Positions 1 to 12,130 of a DNA stretch of 64,000 nt are shown piece after piece; the first letter of the stretch is position 1; every line of letters begins with the position of its first letter. Origin of the DNA: Squalus acanthias (lineage: Eukaryota). The stretch lies in NCBI GenBank assembly GCA_030390025.1, contig JASTWF010000037.1, positions 310,001 through 374,000 on the forward strand. Reading direction: 5' to 3'. The notes beneath the pieces were generated by a model. It was not told the origin of the DNA, did not search any database, and saw only the letters and a program-made list of their open reading frames with translations. Both the position numbers and the translations under genes were made by a program.

Positions 1-133
1 CTCCGCTCCCCCACCCCCCTCCCCCAAAGTATAGAAATATGTGTACTGGCATTAAGTATGTTACAGCTGTTGGTCGACTCTTGTGGTTTAAGGCGATTTT
101 GGAAGAGCCACATGCTGGAAGTACTGCAGGTCA
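1..133 (-). other. Start of AGFG2-like 3' UTR (continues outside window)
   Basis: Immediately follows the stop codon at 134-136 on the minus strand. Confidence 0.8.
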
Positions 134-193
134 CTATAAGAAGGGGTTGGTGGATGTGCTTCCTGCTGCAAATTGTCCGGGCTGGGCTCCAGT
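134..193 (-). CDS. AGFG2: AGFG2-like terminal coding exon
   Basis: pyrimidine tract...ccgaag|ACT; TGAQPGQFAAGSTSTNPFL then TAG (followed by TGA); TNPFL is the conserved AGFG C-terminus. Confidence 0.95.
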   Translation of the reverse strand, partial: TGAQPGQFAAGSTSTNPFL

Positions 194-1724
194 CTTCGGA
201 GAGAGAAGAAGAAAAATATGTTAGAGATTACCCGCTGAGTATCAATGATCTTTCCCCCCCCCCCCCATCTTGCCGGGAGCCAAGGTTCCGCCGGCACCTC
301 TCCGCTACCTCGCCCCCGCGCGGCCGGCCTCCACCGGGCGGCTGTTTGGCAGCCTATTCGACCGCGGGAGGCACCACGGTGGAAGCGGTTCTGTTCCGGT
401 CCTCACCCAACACTCACATCTGGCAACAGGGGTCAGTGACCAGGAGAGGGAGACGCTGGTTATTTAACAGCCCACCGCGCACCGCCCCCCCCCCCCCCCC
501 CCAACTTGCTGAGGCCAAATGTAACCCCACCCGGCTCCATGACCAGGGGGGGGGGGGGGAACAAAACACTTTCCCCTCTGTTCGCCCTGCCCCAGTTTCA
601 GCATTTAATTCCTGATGGTTGCAGCATTCGGGTCAAGGCACTGCATTCTACTGTTACCCTGACTCGCAGAGTTTTTTTTTCTTAAGTCTCCTAAGTTTAT
701 ATTTTTGTGACTCAGGTTATTTCCTACTTGTATCTTCTTCGCTGAAACCACCTTCCAAGTTCTAATGTTGCATAGTTTAAGGGGAAGCTAGATAAGTGCG
801 TGAGGGAGAAAGGAATAGAAGGATAGGGTGAGATGAAGAGGGGTGGGAGGAGGCTGGTGTGGAGCATAAACACCAGCACGGACCAGTTGGGCCGAATGGC
901 CTGTTTCTGTGCTGCACAATCTATGTTAAAGAAAAATGTCAAGAAAGCATTATTATGAGCCCACCTCCTTGTTCCTATTGAGATACAGCCCAATAGTCCT
1001 GTGCCAATCAGGTTTACCCGAAAAGCAGTCTATCTTGCGTATTATCTCCCTGCTTTTCTATGTACAGTGCCGTGGGATCTTTTACGTCCACCCGAGAGGG
1101 CAGACGGGGGCCTCGGTTTAACGTCTCATCCGACAGTGCAGCGCTCCGCTCTGCCAGTACCGGCACTGGGTGCGTCAGCCGGGATTACGGCCTCCTGCCA
1201 CGGGTGCGCAGCCCCACTGAGCCAAGCCAACAGCCCCTCAACTCTCGGGGAGATTACAAAAAAGGGGAAAGGACTCTGGGTCAATGATAACACCGACACA
1301 TTTCCCTCCTGAAACCTCTTGCCATGCTGACCCTGGCTGAGGGAACGGACTGAAAACCGCTCCATGCTCTCCGCTGATCCTGGTCTGTAGTCTGCTGTCA
1401 TGGTCTGATTAGCACCACCACCCCCCACCCACCTCCCCTCCCATTTTCTCCCCGCTCCCTATAAGAGCAGCTCCATAGCAACAAGACTGCAATCAAACCC
1501 ATAATATGGGGAGGCACAAGGCATGAACTTGAGTACGACTAAGTTTGTACTCGGTATGTGGGCGTGCCGGCATTTATTGCCGATCCCTAATAGGGGCCGA
1601 GAAGGTGGTGCTGGGTCACCTACTTGCTTAATTCTCACAGCCGAGTGGTCACTTCGGAGGGCGATAAGGGCAAGGTTCACTCGAATTTTATTTTTGGCTG
1701 CGCAGCCCATTCAAATTGACTAAG

Positions 1725-2770
1725 GAATAAGGTCAGAGAATGCGGAGTCAGGGGCTAAGTAGCAGAATGGATAGCTGGCTGGCTTCAAAACAGAAAGCAG
1801 AGAGATGGGAGTAAAGGGTAGCTATTCACAGTGGCAGAAGGTAGGAAGTGGTGTTCCATAGAAACATAGAAGATAGGAGCAGGAGTAGGCCATTCGGCCC
1901 CTCGAGCCTGCTCCGCCATTCGATGAGATCATGGCTGATCATCCAAACTCAGTACCCTGTCCCTGCCTTCTCCCCATATCCCTTGATACCTTTAGCTTTA
2001 AGAAATATATCTAACTCATTCTTGAATATATTTAATGACTTGGCCTCAACTACCTTCTGTGGTAGAGAATTCCACAGGTTCACCACTCTCTGGGTGAAGA
2101 AATTCTTCCTCATTTCTGTCCTAAATGGCTTACCCGTTATCCTTAGATTATGACCCCTGGTTCTGGACTCTCCGACCACCGGGAACATTCTTCCTGCATC
2201 TAGTTTGTCCGGACCTGTCAGAATTTTATATGTTTCGATGTGATCCCCTCTCATTCTTCTATACTCCAGCGAGTATAAGCCCAATCGACCCAATCTCTCC
2301 TCATATGTCGTTCCTGCCATCCCAGGTATCAGCCTTGTGAATCTTCGCTGAACTTCTTCCATGGCAAGAACACCCTTCCTCAGATAAGGCGACCAAAACT
2401 GCACACAGTACTCAAGGTGTGGTCTCACCAAGGCCCTGTACAACTGCAGCAGGACATTCCTTTCGCTATGAAGGCCAACATACCATTTGCCTTCTTCACC
2501 GCCTGCTGCACCTGCATGCTTACTTTCAGCGACTGGTGCACAAGGACACCCAGGTCTCGTTGCACTTCCCCTTCTCCCAATCTATTGCCATTCAGATAAT
2601 AGTCTGCTTTTCTGTTGTTGACACCACAAGGATCAGTGCTGGGACCATTTGTTCACAATTTACATTAATGATTTCGACTTTGAAATCAAAAAACACAATT
2701 TCTAAATTTGCAGATGACACCAAATTGGGGGGGGGGGGGGGGGGGGGGGCGGGGTGGTAGATAGCCAATA
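1725..2770. mobile_element. Older plus-strand CR1 fragment (1725-1857 and about 2623-2770) split by a younger minus-strand CR1 (about 1857-2615)
   Basis: GGTGTTCCA|CAAGGATCAGTGCTGGGACC (GVPQGSVLG) resumes across the insert; insert encodes the CR1 ORF2 C-terminus. Confidence 0.8.
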
Positions 2771-2974
2771 CTGAGGAGATGAGGTAGGGTAGGAGGAGGC
2801 TCGAGTGGAGCATGGACTGGTTGGGCCGAACGGCCTGTTTCTGTACTGTAAATATTATGTAAATTTTCGCGCGTGCGCGGTTTTCCCCCCGTTTAAAAGC
2901 CGGTGAGCGGCCTGCATGGGACCTCCAGTCTGCTGCGCGGCTGAGCAGCTTAACGGGAATGTTGGTTAAGGGTT

Positions 2975-4292
2975 AGAAACATAGAAAAATAGGAGCAGGA
3001 GTAGGCCATTCGGCCCTTCGAGCCTGCTCCGCCATTCAATATGATCATGGCTGATCCTCTATCTCAATACCATATTCCCGCTCTCTCCCCATACCCCTTG
3101 ATGCCCTTTGTGTCTAGAAATCTATCTATCTCCTCAAATATATTCAGTGACTTGGCCTCCACAGCCTTCTGTGGTAGAGAATTCCACAGGTTCACCACCC
3201 TCTGAGTGAAGACATTTCTCCTCATCTCAGTCCTAAATGTCCTACCCCGTATCCTGAGACTGTGACCCCTCGTTCTGGACCCCCCAGCCAGGGGAAACAT
3301 CCTCCCTGCATCCAGTCTGTCTAGCCCTGTCAGAATTTTATACGTTTCAATGAGATCCCCTCTCATTCTTCTAAACTCTAGTGAATACAGGCCTAGTCGA
3401 CCCAATCGCTCCTCATACGACAGTCCTGCCATCCCAGGAAGCAGTCTGGTGAGCCTTCGCTGCACTCCCTCTATGGCCAAGTATATCCTTTCTTAGGTAA
3501 GGAGACCAAAACTGCACACAGTACTCCAGGTGTGGTCTCACCAAGGCCCTGTATAACTGTAGTAAGACATCCTTGCTCCTGTCCTCAAATCCTCTTGCAA
3601 TGAAGGCCAACATACCATTTGCCTTCCTAACTGCTTGCCGCACCTGCATGTTTGCTTTCAGTGACTGGTGTACAAGGACACCCAGGTCCCTCTGTACATC
3701 AACATTTCCCAATCTATCACCATTTAAATAATACTCTGCCTTTCTGTTTTTCCTACCGAAGTAGATAACTTCACATTTATCCACGTTATACTGCATCTGC
3801 CATGTATTTGCCCACTCACTCAACTTGTCTAAATCGCCTTGAAGCCTCTTTGCATCCTCCTCACAACTCACAATCCCATCTAGTTTTGTGTCGTCAGCAA
3901 ACTTGGAAATATTACATTTGGTTCCCTCATCCAAATCATTGATATATATTGTGAATAGCTGGGGCCCAAGCACTGATCCCTGCGTACTCCACTAGTCACC
4001 GCCTGCCACCCCGAAAAAGACCCATTTATTCCTACTCTCTGTTTCCTGTCTGTTAACCAATTTTCAATCCATGCCAGTATATTACCCCCAATCCCACGTG
4101 CTTTAATTTTGCACACTAACCTCTTATGTGGAACTTTATCAAAGGCCTTCTGAAAATCCAAATACACCACATCCACTGGTTCGCCCTGATCTATTCTACC
4201 AGTTACATCCTCAAAAAACTCCAGTAGCTTTGTCAAACACAATTTCCCTTTCATAAATCCAAGTTGACTTTGTCTAATCCCGTTGATATTTT
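2975..4292 (-). mobile_element. CR1 LINE 3' fragment
   Basis: Frameshifted RT ORFs ([25 protein letters not shown]) plus 3' UTR. Confidence 0.93.
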
Positions 4293-4350
4293 CTTGCTGA
4301 AGATTCACTGTTTACCAGTTCCCCTTGAAAGAAGCCAACGTGACACATAC

Positions 4351-4445
4351 CATGAACGGGTTGCTGGGCGCTCCACCTCCTTGTATCAATGGTCCCATCA
4401 GTCGCGGCATTGCTTTGGGCTGCCCGAAGGCACCAAACCCAGCTC
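4351..4445 (-). CDS. AGFG2: AGFG2-like coding exon (probable exon 12; NPF)
   Basis: (tg)n-tacag|GA...ATG|gtatgt; 95 nt; GAGFGAFGQPKAMPRLMGPLIQGGGAPSNPFM. Confidence 0.92.
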
Positions 4446-4594
4446 CTGTACACACACACACACACACACACAGACACAGACAAAAGGCACAGGAAGTCAA
4501 CAAACCTACGAATACAAAGACTTGAAAAAATTGGGTCTTTTTCATGTGAACAACGCAGATTATGGGGGCGATATGATAGACGCGTTTAACTCCG

Positions 4595-5048
4595 TGTCAG
4601 TTGTGGCTCAGTGGGTCGCGCTCTCTCGCCTCTGAGTCAGAAGGTCGTGGGTTCGTAGTCCCACTCCAGAGACTCGAGCACAAAAATCTAGGCCGACACT
4701 CCCGGTGCAGTGCTGAGGGAGCGCTGCACTGTTGGAGGTGCCGTCTTTCGGATGAGATGCTAAACTGAGTCTGCCCTCTCAGGTGGACGTAAAAGATCCC
4801 ATGAGCAGGGGAAGTTCTCCCTGGTGTCCTGGGGCCAATATTTATCCCTCAATCAACAAAACAAAATATCAGATGATCCGGTCATTATGGTCATTGCTCT
4901 TTGTGGGAGCTTGCTGTGCGCAAATTGGCTGGCGCGTTTCCCACATTACAACAGTGACTACACTTCAAAAGTACTTCACTGGTTGTAAAGCGCTTTGGGA
5001 CGTCCTGAGGTTGTGAAAGGCGCGATAGAAATGCAAGTCTTTCTTTTT
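4595..5048 (+). mobile_element. tRNA-derived SINE (possibly DeuSINE/SacSINE1-like), near full length
   Basis: A-box TGGCTCAGTGG, B-box-like GGTTCG, conserved body, tail GGCGCGATAGAAATGCAAGTCTTTC; family name from recollection only. Confidence 0.75.
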
Positions 5049-5189
5049 TTTTTAATTATGAAGGGATGGGGCAAGGCAGAAGCACTGTTTCCAGTAATTG
5101 AGGAGTTAAGAGCGAGAGGCCATGAATGCAAGATTAAATGTAAGAGATTTAGAACAGAGGACAGGAGAAACTTCTTTTCAGGGTCACAG

Positions 5190-5920
5190 AGTCATAACGG
5201 CACAGAAGGAGGCCATTCGGCGCATCGAGTCCGTGCCGGCTCTCTGTAGAGCAATCCAGTCAGTCCCATTCCCCCCGCTCTATCCCCGTAGCCCTGCAAG
5301 TTTATTTCCCTCAAGTGCCTGTCCAGTCCCCCCTTGAAAACATGGAGTGTCTCCGCTTCCACCACTTCCGTCGGCAGCGAGTTCCAGGTCCTCACCACTC
5401 GCTGCGTAAAAAAGTTTTTCCTCACATCCCCCCTGTATCTCTGGCCCAAAACCTTAAATCTGTGTCCCCTAGTCCTTGTACCATCAACTAGTGGGAACAA
5501 CCTTTCCCCGTCTAGCCTATCCAAACCCGTCATAATCTTGTACACTTCTATCAAATCACCCCTCAACCTCCTTTGCTCTAATGAAAACAAATCCAGCTTC
5601 GCCAACCTGTCCTTGTAGTTAAGATCCCCCATCCCCAGAACCATTCTGGTAAATCTCCTCTGCACCCTCTCAAGGGCCTTCACATCCTTCCTAAAGTGTG
5701 GTGACCAGAACTGGACGCAATACTCAAGTTGTGGCCTAACCAGCGCTTTATAAAGGTTCAGCATAACTTCTCTACTTTTGTACTCAATACCTCTATTTAT
5801 GAAGCCCAAGATCCCATGTGCTTTGCTAACCACTCTCTCAATATGTCCCGCCACCATCAGGGACCTATGCACATTAACTCTCAGGTCCCTCTGTCCCTGC
5901 ACACTCTTTAAAACTGTGCC
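5190..5920 (-). mobile_element. CR1 LINE 3' fragment (subfamily also at 50280-50885, +)
   Basis: 236-aa ORF with [23 protein letters not shown]. Confidence 0.92.
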
Positions 5921-6109
5921 ATTAAGTCATGGGGGTCATGAGGCTGTGCAATTCACTTCTAGGGCTAGTGGTTGAAGCAGAAACTAAAATTTCAAGATTA
6001 GATTGGATAGGAGGATGAAGGAAAAGAAAGTCTTGCATTTCTATAGGGTGGTAAAGGCCCATCGCTAAATCAGTAAAGGTGGCAAACTTTAGACATTGCT
6101 ACACTGACC

Positions 6110-7770
6110 GTGCAGGCCAAGAGTTTCCAGTTTCCTGGCCCCAGCCATCTCCTTTTCACTATGGACGTCCAATCCCTCTACACCTCCATCCCCCACCAGG
6201 ATGGCCTGAGGGCGCTCCGCTTCTTCCTTGAACAGAGGCCCAACCAGTCCCCACCACCACCACCCTCCTCCGCCTGGCTGAACTTGTTCTCACATTGAAC
6301 AACTTCTCCTTTGACTCCACTCACTTCCTCCAAATTAAAGGTATTGCTATGGGTTCCCACATGGGTCCTAGCTATGCCTGCCTTTTCGTGGGATATGTGG
6401 AACACTCTTTGTTCCAGTCCTATTCAGGTCCCCTCCCTCACCTCTTTTTCCGGTACATTGATGACTGTATCGGTGCCGTTTCCTGCTCTCGCCCTGAACT
6501 AGAACATTTCATTCACTTTGCTTCCAATTTCCACCCTTCCCTCACCTTCACATGGTCCATTCTCCGACTCTTCCCTTCCCTTCCTCGACTTCACCGTCTC
6601 CATCTCCATCTCTGGGGATAGGCTATTGACAAACATCCACTACAAGGCCACTGACTCCCACAGCTACCTGGACTACAGTTCCTCCCACCCCGCTTCCTGT
6701 AAGGACTCTAGTCCATTCTCCCAGTTTCCCCGACTCCGACGATGCCACCTTCCATACTAGACTTCTGCTTCCCCTCCCTCCCGGAACCACGATAGAGTTC
6801 CCCTTGCCCTCACCTTTCACCCCACCAGCCTCCACATTCAACGGATCGTCCTCCGCCGTTTTCGCCACCTCCAGCGTGATCCCACCACCAAACACATCTT
6901 CCCCTCACCTCCCTTTTCAGCATTCCGAAGGGACTGCTCCCTCCGCGACAACCTGGTCCACTCCTCTGTCACCCCCAACACCCGGCACCTTCCCGTGCAA
7001 GCGCAGGAGATGCAACACCTGCCCTTTTACCTCCCCCCGTCCCACTGTCCAGGGCCCCAAACACTCCTTCCAGGTGAAACAGCAATTTACTTGTACTTCT
7101 TGCAATTTAGTATACTGCATTCGCTGCTCACGATGCGGTCTCCTCTACATTGGGGAGACCAAATGCAGATTGGGTGACCGCTTTGCGGAACACCTCCGTT
7201 CAGTCCGTAAGGGTGACCCCGAGCTTCCGGTCACCTGTCACTTTAATTCTCCGCTCCACTCCCACTCTGATCTCTCCGTCCTCGGCCTCTTACACTGTTC
7301 CAATGAAGCTCAACGTAAGCTCGAGGAACAGCACCTCATCTTTCCATTAGGCACTTTACAGCCTTCTGGACTCAACATCGAGTTCAACAATTTCAGACCA
7401 TAACCTCTGCCCCAATCTTTTTTCTTCTCTCTCTCACATGGTAGCTGTCGATCATTCTGCCATTACTATTTACACTTCATCTAGAGTCATCTTTTGTTTA
7501 ACTTGTCCCATTACCATCTCCTTTAGCCTCGCACCATCATCCCTTTTGTCTCTTAATCTCTCCTGCCTTCCATCCTATCACAGACCTTCCCTTTTGTTCT
7601 TTCCTCCCCTCCCCCTTTTCCCTGCACCTACACTTGTTTAAAAACCTGTTCCATCTCCAGCTTTTTCCAGTTCTGACGAAGGGTCATCGACCTGAAACGT
7701 TGTTCTGTTTCTCTCTCCACAGATGCTGCCTGACCTGCTGAGTATTTCCAGCATTTACTGTTTTTATGTA
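6110..7770 (+). mobile_element. Decayed Penelope-like element (RT + GIY-YIG endonuclease + 3' terminal repeat), Neptune-like
   Basis: Frameshifted ORFs with MDVQSLYTSIPH, QIKGIAMGSHMGP, FRYIDD, SLPFLD, then CKRRRCNTC and LVYCIRC..LYIGET..R..EH..GLN. Confidence 0.92.
7669..7705 (+). ncRNA. Hammerhead ribozyme motif (family B) in Penelope terminal repeat; helix I damaged
   Basis: CTGACGA-a-GGGTC-ATC-GACCT-GAAACGTT; 3' strand of helix I is gttc rather than the aact seen in other copies. Confidence 0.65.
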
Positions 7771-7994
7771 AGAGGATCCAAGGTTCAGTCCCTGCCCTGT
7801 GCTCAGGTAGCTGGGCTATAGAGAGGAAGGATCCCCATTTACTATCGCAGGCTAACTACAGATAGAGGAAGGCCATTCAGCCCTTCTTAATTCGTCCTGA
7901 TAGGATAGATAGAGATGAATTAAGAACAAAACCCCTGCAATCATTTCGGAAACAATTGAGTGCTGAATTGGGAGGACTGTGGAATCATTCTGAA

Positions 7995-8497
7995 GGGACA
8001 CAGGAACAGGAGGAGGCCGTTCAGCCCCTCAAGCTCTCCCGGCCATTCAATGAGATCACGGCTGATCTGTATCTTAACTCCATCTACCCGCCTTGGTTCC
8101 GTAATCCTTAATCCCTTAACTAAAAAAAATCTATTAATCTCAGTTTTGAAATTTTTAATTGCCCCCAGCCTTAACAGCTTTTTGGGGGGGGGAGAGTTCC
8201 AGATTCCCACTATCCCTTGCGTGAAGAAGTGCTTCCTGACATCACCCCTGAACAGCCTGGCTCTAATTTTAAGGTTATGACCCCTTGTTCTGGACTCCCC
8301 CCCGCCAGAGGAAAGAGCTTCTCTCTATCTATCCTAACAACTCCTTTAATCATCTTACACACCTCAATTAGATCACCTCTTAATCTTTAAAACAAGGGAA
8401 TACAAGCCTAGTCTGTGCAACCTGTGCTCAGAATTTAACCCCATTAGCCCCAATATCAGTCTGGTGAATCTGCCCTGTACCCCCTCCAAGGCCAATA
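7995..8497 (-). mobile_element. Diverged CR1 3' fragment
   Basis: CR1 3' UTR and ORF2-end motifs, degraded. Confidence 0.75.
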
Positions 8498-8523
8498 GGT
8501 GCGGTGCTTAGACAAGAACACGG

Positions 8524-9627
8524 TACTCTAAATGGGGTGGGGATTTATATAACGATGCACGTTACTCTAAATGGGGTGGGGATTTATATAACGATGCACG
8601 TTACTCTAAATGGGGTGGGGATTTATATAACGACGCACGTTACTCTAAATGGGGTGGGGATTTATATAACGACACACGCTTACTCTAAATGGGGTGGGGA
8701 TTTATATAACGATGCACGTTACTCTAAATGGGGTGGGGATTTATATAACGACGCACGTTACTCTAAATGGGGTGGGGATTTATATAACGATGCACGTTAC
8801 TCTAAATGGGGTGGGGATTTATATAACGATGCACGTTACTCTAAATGGGGTGGGGATTTATATAACGATGCACGTTACTCTAAATGGGGTGGGGATTTAT
8901 ATAACGATGCACGTTACTCTAAATGGGGTGGGGATTTATATAACGATGCACGTTACTCTAAATGGGGTGGGGATTTATATAACGACGCACGTTACTCTAA
9001 ATGGGGTGGGGATTTATATAACGACACACGCTTACTCTAAATGGGGTGGGGATTTATATAACGACACACGTTTACTCTAAATGGGGTGGGGATTTATATA
9101 ACGATGCACGTTACTCTAAATGGGGTGGGGATTTATATAACGACACACGCTTACTCTAAATGGGGTGGGGATTTATATAACGACACACGCTTACTCTAAA
9201 TGGGGTGGGGATTTATATAACGACACACGTTTACTCTAAATGGGGTGGGGATTTATATAACGATGCACGTTACTCTAAATGGGGTGGGGATTTATAGAAC
9301 GATGCACGTTTACTCTAAATGGGGTGGGGATTTATATAACGACACACGTTTACTCTAAATGGGGTGGGGATTTATATAACGATGCACGTTACTCTAAATG
9401 GGGTGGGGATTTATAGAACGATGCACGTTTACTCTAAATGGGGTGGGGATTTATATAACGATGCACGTTACTCTAAATGGGGTGGGGATTTATATAACGA
9501 TGCACGTTACTCTAAATGGGGTGGGGATTTATAGAACGATGCACGTTACTCTAAATGGGGTGGGGATTTATATAACGACGCACGTTACTCTAAATGGGGT
9601 GGGGATTTATACAAGGATGCACGTTAC
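8524..9627. repeat. 39/40-bp minisatellite, about 28 copies
   Basis: Unit TACTCTAAATGGGGTGGGGATTTATATAACGATGCACGT. Confidence 0.97.
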
Positions 9628-9769
9628 CATTTTGTTGCTGGGCAAAGGCTTGTTGCTGCAGGAACGACTGTTGCTGGGCAAAGGCATGCTGCTGCTGCTG
9701 CTGCTGGGTGTAGCCTTGCTGCTGCGGGTAGGCCTGTTGCTGCGGGTACGACTGCTGCTGAGCAAAGGC

Positions 9770-9800
<31 letters not shown>

Positions 9801-9894
9801 GAGAAGGGGTGCTGCTGGAATCCTGCGAAACCCCCGGGGACCGAGGCGGCTGGAACGGATCCGTATCCCGCCGGCACTCCACCGTACACCGGAG
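9628..9894 (-). CDS. AGFG2: AGFG2-like coding exon (probable exon 11; Q-rich)
   Basis: ttttcactcag|CT...AATG|gtaacg; 267 nt; APVYGGVPAGYGSVPAASVPGGFAGFQQHPFSQ10AFAQQQSYPQQQAYPQQQGYTQ6HAFAQQQSFLQQQAFAQQQN. Confidence 0.92.
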
Positions 9895-10079
9895 CTGAGT
9901 GAAAAGAAAATGGGCGTTAGGGCCAAGAATGCCAGCTTACACAGCGCAGTCCCCGACATGCTCAGTAACGCATGGAGCCGGAAGATCTGAGAATTTTAAT
10001 ATCATTGGATGCAAATTAAAAAAAAAATTTTTTAAACATTTTATGCTGGGTTGAACCGAGAGAGTGAATGGTATAAATG

Positions 10080-10652
10080 TAGTCTGGAATACTGCGTACA
10101 GTTTTGGTTTCCATATTTAAGAAAAGATATACTTGCTCTAGAGGCAGTTCAGAGAAGGTTCACTCGGTTGATTCCGGAGATGAGGGGGTTGACTTATGAG
10201 GAAAGGTTGAGTAGGTTGGGCCTCTACTCATTGGAATACAGAAGAATGAGAGGCGATCTTATCGAAACATATAAGATTGTGAGGGGGGCTTGATCGGGTG
10301 GATGCGGGGAGGATGTTTCCTCTGATGGGTGAGACTAGAACTAGGGGGCATAATCTTAGAATAAGGGGCTGCCGTTTCAAAACTGAGATGAGGAGAAACT
10401 TCTTCACTCAGAGGGTAGTAAATCTATGGAATTTGCTACCTCAGAGAGCTGTGGAAGCTGCGACATTAAATAAATTTAAAACGGAGATAGACAGTTTCCT
10501 AGCTGATAAGGGAATTAAGGGTTATGGGGAGCGGGCAGGGAAGTGGACGTGAGTCTAGGTTCGGATCAGCCATGATCTATTGAATGGCGGAGCAGGCCCG
10601 AAGGGCCGTATGGCCTACTCCTGCTCCTACTTCTTATGTTCTTATGTTATGT
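10080..10652 (+). mobile_element. CR1 LINE 3' fragment
   Basis: LEYCVQFW...TRGH...FFTQRVVNLWN; ttcttatg tail. Confidence 0.9.
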
Positions 10653-11309
10653 AGTCCAATACCCAGCCCAATAAATGAACGTTACGAAGCATGCTGCTCT
10701 ATCTCCAGCCGCACCACATTCTACGCAAAGCCAATGACAAAACAATGCCTGGCACACCCTGCCATACTGGTTCCCCTACGACCCAGACCCTGGGGGAAGG
10801 GGTGTCCAACCCTAATGCACAAGAGGCAGTCGTACTCCCGCTCAGCTGAGGGTCGCACTGAGCCCTGTGCCTCCTGAACCCGAGGACGGAGACCCCCCCC
10901 CCCCGTCCTCTCTTGTCTTGCAGTCTCTCCGGGCTGGCATTCAGTCCCGTGGATTCCTCGGTCACCGCACCAGGACGACGAGCCTCCTCCCTGCCAACCA
11001 CTGCTGAGACAGCCGTTCTCGCACTTCTCGCAGTAGCCTCAATAAACAGCTACATAGTTTTGGTCGCGCTTCTACGGCAGCTTTTAGCATTGAAACCGCC
11101 TCTGTAAACATTTTAGCACTGAAAAATCCCGTATGTGAACAGCTGCCTGTCACAGTGCAGCTGCAGGCTCTGGCCAGGCGGTGGTGCTGTGGAGCAACTT
11201 CCTGAAGTGCGTCTGCCAACTCTGCCCCCTATCTTGTTCATGAAGCCTATCCATCAACTGCCTGCAGGTAATACAGCGAATTTACTGGAATCTTGAAAGT
11301 AAGCTGTAA

Positions 11310-12130
11310 CGGTGACGCAGAGGCTTCAAAAGGGATACAGACAGGTTAAGCTAGTGGGCAAGAATGTGGCAGATGGAATATAATGTGGAGAAATGTGAAG
11401 TTATATACTTTGCTGAGAAATGGGAAATGTTGGCACAGAGGGACCTGGGTGTCCTTGTACACGAGTCAGAGAATGTTAACATGCAGGTACAGCAAGCAAT
11501 TAGGAAAGCAAATGGTATTTGCCTTTATTACAAAGGGATTAGAGTATAAGAGTAAAGAAGTCTTACTGCAATTATATTGGGCATTGGTGAGGACCACAGT
11601 GTACAGTTTTGGTCTCCTTACCCAAGGAAGGATATACTTGCCTTAGAGGGAGTGCCACGAAGGTTCACCAGACTGATTCCTGGGATGGGGGGTATTGTCC
11701 TACGAGGAGAGATTGAGGAGACTAGGCCTGTATTCCCTGGAGAATGAGAGGTGATCTCATTGAAACATACAAAATTCTTACAGGGCTTGACAGGGTAGAT
11801 GCAGGGAGGATGTTTCCCCCCTGTCTGGGGAGTCTAGAACCAGGGGTCACAGTCTCAGGATAAGGGGTCGGCCATTTAGGACTGAGATGAGGAGAAATTT
11901 CTTCACTCAGAGGGTGGTGAATCTTTGGAATTCTCTGCCCCAGAGGGCTGTGGCTGCTCAGTCGTTGAGTATATTCAAGGCAGAGATCGATAGATTTTTG
12001 GATACTAAGGGGAATCAAGGGATATGGGGATAGCGCGGGAAAGTGGAGTTGCAGTAGAAGATCAGCCATGATCAGCAGGCCCAAAAGGCTGAATGGCCTA
12101 CTCCTGCTCCTTTTACTTAAGTTCTTATAT
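11310..12130 (+). mobile_element. CR1 LINE 3' fragment (diverged)
   Basis: WQMEYNVEKCEV, RDLGVLVH and 3' end motifs. Confidence 0.87.

Noticed and set aside
39..615. Plus-strand ORFs of 61-185 aa
   Set aside because: Antisense to the terminal exon; low complexity; no recognisable domain
2727..2749. Long G/C homopolymers here and elsewhere
   Set aside because: Common in this sequence and length is unreliable; no functional evidence
4595..4675. tRNA gene
   Set aside because: tRNA-like head runs into a repeated SINE body; no complete cloverleaf
8504..9600. Repetitive ORFs (HVTLNGVGIYITM / YSKWGGDLYNDAR)
   Set aside because: By-products of a 39-bp unit divisible by three; intronic and antisense to the gene
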